A stretch of 64,000 bases of DNA from a virus (taxonomy: Duplodnaviria; Caudoviricetes): positions 1 to 64,000 of IMG/VR virus record IMGVR_UViG_3300008954_002687; one strand, given 5' to 3'. A program made the position numbers and the translations under genes. The notes under the pieces are model-generated. The model was not told where the DNA came from, did not search any database, and saw nothing but the letters and a program-made list of their open reading frames with translations. Below are positions 59,001 to 64,000 of the stretch, piece by piece. Within the stretch, counting starts at the first letter, position 1, and the number at the start of each line of letters is the position of its first letter.

Positions 59001-62000
59001 GCGCCATTGACGAATATACTTATTGGACTCGCCCGCTCACCCCGCTTGAAGTCCGCAGCATATATAATAGTGGAACACCCTGTGATATTACCCAATCAAC
59101 TGCATATACTTCAGATGTTTCGAAGCTGTGGGATTGGATCAGATTCGGTACCGGCAGCACCAACGAGAAGACCGACATCCGAACAGCTAATGCCGGTACA
59201 TATGGTATAGGCAACCGCGTCGTCGGTTTCACGGGTACCAAAACATATTTGCCGTTGGCAGTTAACGGTGGCACTAACCCCGCATTTGAATTAACAGGCG
59301 GCGCTGGTCATGCGTCAGTATTGGCAGGCTGCGCCTCGGTGATAACCGGAGCCACCACAACCACCACCTGCACCGACAGGACCATCTATGACAATTTCTA
59401 CGTTAAGCATCCGATCCCCCGGTCATCGAAACAGTACACATGGGTAACCCGTTCATTAGCCAGCACTAACGGTGTGTTTGGATACGCACCAGCAACATTC
59501 AGGATATCCTCCAGCACCGGCGGCACAAAGAACGCATATAATTTTGTGAGTCAAAGTGACTTCGGTAGATACTATCAAACCTCCGCCGGCTCAAACCGAA
59601 GCCGATTTGGTGGGACGTCGGCTAGCGTCGCTGCGGGAATAAATGTCAATAAGTTTATTCCAGTCGACTTTGTGGGAATGAATACGATCATCGTAGATCA
59701 ACTGAATACATCGATCAACACTATGGGACGAACAGGCTCAAACCCGCGGATTGGACTGCCGGCAGAAGACTATATCAATTATGATATAATTAACCAAGTA
59801 CAAAACGCAGAGTCATCTGCCAGCATTCTAAACGCCCTCACACTAAACCGACAGGGCATTTATGGATATCCCATATGGCGACAAGTTAGAACTGGAGACA
59901 ACCCCATCACGCGCTGGGAACGAAAGAATAACGTTGTTTCTATGATGAGCCTCACCGGCGCCCGCAACGCAATCGCACGTTATAACGTTCCGCCGGTATC
60001 GATGGAAGGGCGCCCAGTGACAGTAAACTTAACAGCGAACGGTATGAGCTTCGGCTTGGACGTCACTCACAACAATGAATCGGTTTATTACCCTTCAGTA
60101 GCTATGGAAAATCAATTAGATATCCAATATGATTTATACGATACCCCGTTTGAACAGCTTATCAAATCAGTGAAGCAGCCGGCATCCCCCACACAGTTGA
60201 ACTGGGTCCTCTACACTCAAAAGCTTTTCCCATCATCACGAAACGAATTTACATCTGGATCAAACGAGCGAATAAAATACGACAACAGGTTCTGGACAAG
60301 CAACCGCGAAGCTAGAAATTCGAAGGGAGCATACACATACCAGACCACGTCGCCTGCCGCCGTTGAATTTGGAAACAACGATATTTCGTACAATAGTCTG
60401 GGAATTATCGTAAAACAAAGCTCTTGGCCATTAGACGCCCCCGACGACTTTATGACAAGAACACGCCCGATGTTTTGGAAGTACTCATCGGTCACGCTGC
60501 CCTATTTGTATCGGGGAGGCACTGGATCTGCCGGCGAGCTACAAAATGCATACACTAATTACTTTACAGCCTCTTTCAAGACCTTCTATCCATGGTCCGG
60601 ACAAAATCCATGGACAAGGTCATCGCGTCCGAGATCATATGACCATTGGATGCTCGCAGTTGTAGGTTGCGGAGCTTTGTATTCGCGAAAGCACCTCTTG
60701 TCGATTTCGGCGTCGGTGGTGGGACCAAGCGGAATGAAGATCCCGGAAACAAGCTCACGCGCCGGTCATGCATGGTCAAACGCTGCACAAATCTGGCCAA
60801 TCGGCGGCGGAGAAGCCTTATGGGAGGCAGGCACCCAAGCTGGCGTTGTGACTGCTGACTACGGTGGTTCCGCAGAGAACGCTAAACTGGGTATCAAAGG
60901 TTCTGACACTTCGTGGGGATTTAATCTATCTCAATCCGCGCCATGGAAATTTGATACTTACGAAGATTATCGTTACGAGCTTAAATTATTGGCGAAAGAT
61001 TATGGGATTGTACCTGAATACAGAATTAGCGAGCATGTGAATGAATACCTGCAAAAAGATCCGCTCGAAACACGTCAGACAACGGTTGATACATCTCCAG
61101 ACGGCGATTTACCGTACAAGGGAACATATGAGATCGTGGGCACCAACAAGGTTCCCGATGACGGGTTCGCGACCTTCAACGTCGATGTAGATGTTTCAGC
61201 TTCGTATAATAGCTTGAACACTCAGAATTTCTTCATAGACTACTCAAATACAGAATTTTTACAAGACTTCTTAAAAATTAAGCGCGAAACATTGCTCGGC
61301 GCAACACAGATTAAAATGGTTTGTTCTGCCGCCTTAAGATTTAACCCGTATAAGGGATTTTATCCAGCAGAACGGACGATTGACTTGGTATCTCAGTTTA
61401 GAAAGTCTTATCAAAAGTCGCTATTTTCCATCACCGGTCGGGAACCCGATTCTGATGATATCTTCCCGGGCGGAGGCAACCGCGACGAGATATTTTACAG
61501 AAAAGCCGGCAGCCATACTCGCCCAGTCTCGGCGCGCCCACTTTTGAGCGCGATCTGTTCTCCCGGCATATTGTATAATTCTATAAAATCCGGCTTAGCG
61601 GTGGATTATCCACTCGTACTGAATGGCAACAGAATGATGCGCCAATATTATGGTGCACTTGGATCAGGGTCGATTAGCAGCACCACATTTAATGCTCTGG
61701 ACCTACACCAGTATGGTGCTCAAGATAACTATGCTTTGACATTTAATCCGAACCAATACACAAATAGTGATATATCAGCTGCCGACAGTTCCCACAGCAA
61801 AAAAGTTTTTTGGGATAAGCGCCTGCCATTCGAGACCATGTTAACGCCAGCTAAGTATCTTAACGGATTATCAGTACCAGATCAAGAAGCACACCCATCA
61901 GCATCTCTATGGAATGTTACCTGCTCTTTTGCTGGAGACGAGGAAGATGACGCATATACTTTAATGGCTAGCAACTTCTTTGGGGAAACAGCAGCGTTCT

Positions 62001-64000
62001 TCTTGCAAGATGCCGATTATACTTCATTGAAGTCCGGCGTTTTGCGCGAAAACTTGCGGTTTGTTTCCGGCTCCACATACATGGCACGTGTTAAAATTAA
62101 TCGCTCAATGACAGGATCTAGATCCTATCTAAATGAAAAGGGAGGCATTCATGTCACTAATTCCGCCGGCGCATCAAGTACTTACGCCTACGGATATGGG
62201 GTCCTAGGAGCGAGAGCGTTCAACCACCTACAAGGAGTTCGCTCATTCATAACAGGCGGCAGCGTTGCCGGCGCATCAGCAGAATACCCTCTGCCACAAG
62301 ATCCATATCATATGCCCGGATATCGCGAATCGTTCACGATGTACAGCCGACCGACTGCCTTTGGACCGGAATTATCCGGACGAATGCCGTGGTCTCAAGC
62401 GAGTGGGTCCGACACTGTGTATAATAAAAATACATATCATTATCCGCTTGATTCATTTAATGGATTTAACTGGTCGTTTACTCCACCTTATTACCACGGC
62501 GAAGCTTGGGCAGATTTGATCTTCCGACCAAATCACACCAAGTCTTACGATATTCAACAAATAATGGCAGAAACAATTACTCAATACTGGCGTTGTGACG
62601 CCGGACCCGCAGAGTTTTTGAACCAAACTAGCAAAACGCAAACACTACTTATTAGCAGTTCGTTTAGAAGTCCAAGTGTTTCGGGTAACTTGGCTGTAGA
62701 AGCCGGCTCTAAGTACCCCTCTGCTGGTATCGCGATTAATCAAAACGCAATGCAGTTAAGCGCTAGCTTCAATCTGTTTGGAATTGAAGAAGTACCGTTC
62801 CAAGAAACTGACGCTTTCGGAAACCTGACCACCACGCGAAATGATTCCGTTGGGCAGCGCTGGGTCATCAAGCCCAAATACGAAACTCCGATGTTAAATT
62901 TCACCGATACGGGACCACACCCGATCAAATCTGGTTCCTTAAGGGACGACGACGGTATCAAGCGGTGGGAAGACGGCGCAGGAGAACCCGGGTACTTAAG
63001 TTCACCCCCCAACCTATCAGCCTCAGTTCCCCGCGGAATGTGGCATCAGTTTGGTATAATCGAGCCGGATCCCGATAAAGGCATTTTCATGCAAATCGGA
63101 GATATCCCAGAAGCTTGGCTCAAATACCATTGGACAATGCTTAATACGGGGAGCGTTTATAACAAGTACACCCCTCAACTGACATCGATCGGTCACGGCA
63201 TCCCCGGCGAAGCCGGCATGATGAATGATTACACAAAGATCAAATCATTGACAAGTCTTGTCGGATTTGACAAAGGTAAGCCTCGCAAGAGATTAGGGCA
63301 GCTAGCAAAAAGCAGAACGATAAGAGAAGCTATTGTGGCGGTGCCTTATATCACAGAGACGGTAGACGCGCAAGATATCGGCGCCACAACCGCAGCAACA
63401 GCAAATCGTAAAAAATTCATTGAGATAAGTCCCGAGAGACTGAGGGCAGCGAAAGACGATAGGATCGGATCTGCCGAGGGAGATTCCTTGATAACTGCTG
63501 GAGAATCGATTAGGAAGCAATTGCAAAAGATGAAGCGCTATGTACTGCCGCCTGAGATGGACTTTCTGAACAACGAATCACTACCAGCGATTGCCATGTA
63601 TATCTTCGAATTTGAATACACTTTTGACAAAGACGATCTCAACTATATGTGGCAGAACCTAGCGCCGCGAGATTCCCAAAAGATCTCCTTTCAATCGCAG
63701 TCTGTAGCTCACGAACTCATCAACACAGAACTCTTAAGCGAAACAGAGTTGGCAGAAAACCAGAACCTTCGTTGGATGGTGTTTAAGGTCAAACAAAAGG
63801 CTCAAGCAGATTACTATGACTTGACTTTGCCGCAAGTTGGTGAAGCTCAAATATTAGGAGTCGGCGGAACAACGGTCCCAACAGGAAACAAAGGACAGAT
63901 TAAAACTAAGAGCGGAAGCGTCGTTAAATATAACTGGCCATATGATTATGTCTCACTTATCGAATTAATTAAGATTGATGCGCAGATCCTTTATTCTGAA
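53060..64000 (+). CDS. Giant (at least 3647 aa) baseplate/tail protein with LamG domains; 3'-truncated by the window, absent from ORF track
   Basis: ATG 53060 gives MSIKKLFG..VDFAEPENFAKYGSA..YPYDGS. The same frame reads LamG motifs (TVEFW..WGHYAF..LYVNG..LDEFRYW; WTGWI..WNHFSVVW..GAIDEYTYW) and NWPYDYVSLIELIKID at the window end. Any in-frame stop would have produced a listed ORF. Confidence 0.88.
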   Translation, partial: MSIKKLFGETVGDLQSADYKNQKETFEPIESARNAEAIELKQNTFVPQVDFAEPENFAKYGSAYLYYSGAMNRILDFYPYDGSKAEKNEFYNGLMGVEKYVFDNLYPKSTGYAVLSPAGYTRVGDMTSDGYGTPSSYEYITFKGGPGTGSAGSTLVSKSPNAYSNKFNYSNIYDTDIYTTENLPTDYGKGTRQSNLKANFDTGVTVEFWLKKEAFDVTATQQEVVFDLWNSASVGNTDYGRLTITIQGSSGSATPFLLTAQSGTVSASFVTQSIGSGLTPSSLTSWGHYAFVFQNSGSMLKTQLYVNGYINDVTSSFSTPGTTNGSLGEITGSMIGRIGALITNPMTNRVSASSARNGDGRLSASLDEFRYWKVARNAQQIGESFFVPVGGGVNTDISNTTLGVYYKFNEGITTVAATDSIVLDYAGRVTNGAWTGYTSTSRNTGSAIVSASAASREDPDPIMRSQHTDVSTLQTNLLESGSFYDSNNNSSFINYAPAWVIEEHENEGNDNLKIISHIMGAYFDKMYLLTSQMPALRQTTYTTASHRPYPFAHHLPQSLGLYSPEIFVDSTILEKFESRTEKELFESKLVDAKNLIYLNLYNNLTNIYKSKGTEKSIRNVMRCFNLDDSLLKLKVYNRDNTYQLKNNLQQSMLDRSSLDFNQSGNIHAVVYQALTGTATPVSRGGQALGYISASRGTAGAYNAEARYGATIEASLTLPKFFSTNDKFNRTWISSSLFGLYQVTTGSITNESGSATTLRASDETNFQIFAVRDAEYSKNVRFLLTSSISPHPIPTLSSSTFPGAYDDSQWNLSVRIKPRGYPLDGMVTGSTTNYPYDVIFRGVNTILGTVRNSFEVTGVMGAPTHYPAGYSAANSYLSGTNFLHSAKRVYAGARRTNLTGTVLNPSDVRFSSIKYWTKVLDNLSLDQHVYDLENAGISGSYREIAPRDTNNAGLDLTNANTIALNWRFDNLTSSNAGGYFNVTDYSSGSALLRDNYGWLGEVVGYQHGGYGWGFPPLEKAVVQKQLTNVFKFIDPEQAVSSDMIQILDKDDEVFGVVETVPDFIYTLEKSQQQAVSDEMLDFFAGVIDFNNLIGAPINRYRDRYKNLEKLREAFYRRVTAVTDVEKFVGYYKWFDDAITEIVSQLVPASSNLVEGVLNTIEPTVLDRSKYETKYPTLDAQVPDLVGVVGGEAESAWDAKLERTTVPRSPRDTTRHVPFWKTRAIRSADEISAARFVGAAAAAIIDAQRETFRKVIVSAPHMSRSAPTFYDHKTNNTYTGNAFKINTLSKLFKVTADKKYDTRGSIKGGVNFDANKNIHFTYAALHPAGPVDQSGGRFVPQNVLIAFMKDLVALPYDNDPKLPIEKIKRYITVNHGRAKVGESDEHLKSSLVFPFNLISSSVKTGYQKEVYDRLTASFEITNLHNDVYGPDMEKPLQGPFTEHVVGGHQSRHVRVNYSSSTHPLDTWRTRPEAWKILLGTCDATFTGAIGMVGADYPWPEWNGYPDVPGNYPAYPMTAALKAVYYRDVVAKRPVNIKNIKLTTGSTILGNYRHTYDFVNTVGTFNNPRGFIENQPTFPANVFQTHTTGATSTNTILDMPRLLRPGTVPAAIQDSHFTFVGDYSTSYLTSAINKSVIVGRFSNHGGPEVQSRGHQDFRSSEYSVYNALNFKNLTVIKPSQGPSGTISETEGIRVSDIHGFDYGLRSQLSRHTARFGRDSLFVTSTAVPYGNAAPGGTYNQLPGFHKVHRNNVGRPKCLDTITYGYNKALTNSSGYDFGAANYLSTLILTGADNNDATNTIMPLIGAVTSSGLSWTGWINFGDQGSAVTQSVTALGLRHTDKTFFEIQKTHGSGEYKFQVYLRLQNTAGGWRTGGGAGDYNLWEFTSTDNWSSGWNHFSVVWDASAVSNGSLASVADKYMKIYYNGVDTEASRVDSNTTKNYYSTWDATKSGAFGFSTPPNNIVVTYNGAFSIGGDFTGLRPMSGAIDEYTYWTRPLTPLEVRSIYNSGTPCDITQSTAYTSDVSKLWDWIRFGTGSTNEKTDIRTANAGTYGIGNRVVGFTGTKTYLPLAVNGGTNPAFELTGGAGHASVLAGCASVITGATTTTTCTDRTIYDNFYVKHPIPRSSKQYTWVTRSLASTNGVFGYAPATFRISSSTGGTKNAYNFVSQSDFGRYYQTSAGSNRSRFGGTSASVAAGINVNKFIPVDFVGMNTIIVDQLNTSINTMGRTGSNPRIGLPAEDYINYDIINQVQNAESSASILNALTLNRQGIYGYPIWRQVRTGDNPITRWERKNNVVSMMSLTGARNAIARYNVPPVSMEGRPVTVNLTANGMSFGLDVTHNNESVYYPSVAMENQLDIQYDLYDTPFEQLIKSVKQPASPTQLNWVLYTQKLFPSSRNEFTSGSNERIKYDNRFWTSNREARNSKGAYTYQTTSPAAVEFGNNDISYNSLGIIVKQSSWPLDAPDDFMTRTRPMFWKYSSVTLPYLYRGGTGSAGELQNAYTNYFTASFKTFYPWSGQNPWTRSSRPRSYDHWMLAVVGCGALYSRKHLLSISASVVGPSGMKIPETSSRAGHAWSNAAQIWPIGGGEALWEAGTQAGVVTADYGGSAENAKLGIKGSDTSWGFNLSQSAPWKFDTYEDYRYELKLLAKDYGIVPEYRISEHVNEYLQKDPLETRQTTVDTSPDGDLPYKGTYEIVGTNKVPDDGFATFNVDVDVSASYNSLNTQNFFIDYSNTEFLQDFLKIKRETLLGATQIKMVCSAALRFNPYKGFYPAERTIDLVSQFRKSYQKSLFSITGREPDSDDIFPGGGNRDEIFYRKAGSHTRPVSARPLLSAICSPGILYNSIKSGLAVDYPLVLNGNRMMRQYYGALGSGSISSTTFNALDLHQYGAQDNYALTFNPNQYTNSDISAADSSHSKKVFWDKRLPFETMLTPAKYLNGLSVPDQEAHPSASLWNVTCSFAGDEEDDAYTLMASNFFGETAAFFLQDADYTSLKSGVLRENLRFVSGSTYMARVKINRSMTGSRSYLNEKGGIHVTNSAGASSTYAYGYGVLGARAFNHLQGVRSFITGGSVAGASAEYPLPQDPYHMPGYRESFTMYSRPTAFGPELSGRMPWSQASGSDTVYNKNTYHYPLDSFNGFNWSFTPPYYHGEAWADLIFRPNHTKSYDIQQIMAETITQYWRCDAGPAEFLNQTSKTQTLLISSSFRSPSVSGNLAVEAGSKYPSAGIAINQNAMQLSASFNLFGIEEVPFQETDAFGNLTTTRNDSVGQRWVIKPKYETPMLNFTDTGPHPIKSGSLRDDDGIKRWEDGAGEPGYLSSPPNLSASVPRGMWHQFGIIEPDPDKGIFMQIGDIPEAWLKYHWTMLNTGSVYNKYTPQLTSIGHGIPGEAGMMNDYTKIKSLTSLVGFDKGKPRKRLGQLAKSRTIREAIVAVPYITETVDAQDIGATTAATANRKKFIEISPERLRAAKDDRIGSAEGDSLITAGESIRKQLQKMKRYVLPPEMDFLNNESLPAIAMYIFEFEYTFDKDDLNYMWQNLAPRDSQKISFQSQSVAHELINTELLSETELAENQNLRWMVFKVKQKAQADYYDLTLPQVGEAQILGVGGTTVPTGNKGQIKTKSGSVVKYNWPYDYVSLIELIKIDAQILYSE

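Noticed and set aside
38573-64000. T6SS/eCIS rather than phage
   Set aside because: No Tss membrane complex, ClpV or Afp-type ATPase seen; phage-type tRNA, PhoH, sigma and head-protein context

Overview
This is a 64 kb segment of a large, probably lytic, myovirus-like (jumbo-type) bacteriophage. Essentially all genes are on the + strand and use the standard genetic code. The host is most likely Myxococcota/deltaproteobacterial (inferred from a CglF/GltF gliding-motility homologue and vWA/TlpA lipoproteins). Left to right: (i) 1-13 kb holds accessory and probable head-packaged proteins, including three tandem unrelated proteins (protein kinase, unknown, HAD phosphatase) that share an N-terminal leader MKLL(L/F)ENWRKF(L/V/I)xE, DNA-identical over 32 nt in two of them; (ii) 13-22 kb holds tmRNA, three tRNAs, two unidentified structured RNAs, a SpoU methylase, PIN-PhoH and a PD-(D/E)XK nuclease; (iii) 22.6-36.7 kb is a 17-gene sugar cluster with a nonulosonic (sialic-acid-like) pathway (NeuB-cupin, NeuA, HAD, PtmA-like SDRs) and an animal-type GT29 sialyltransferase; (iv) 37.5-64 kb holds a gp55-like late sigma factor and the baseplate module, with two paralogues carrying swapped C-terminal enzymes (a Cys-based protein phosphatase and a tail lysozyme), gp25, gp6 and a LamG-containing ORF of at least 3647 codons that runs off the window and is missing from the ORF track. 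All calls come from motif recognition by eye; no database searches were run.
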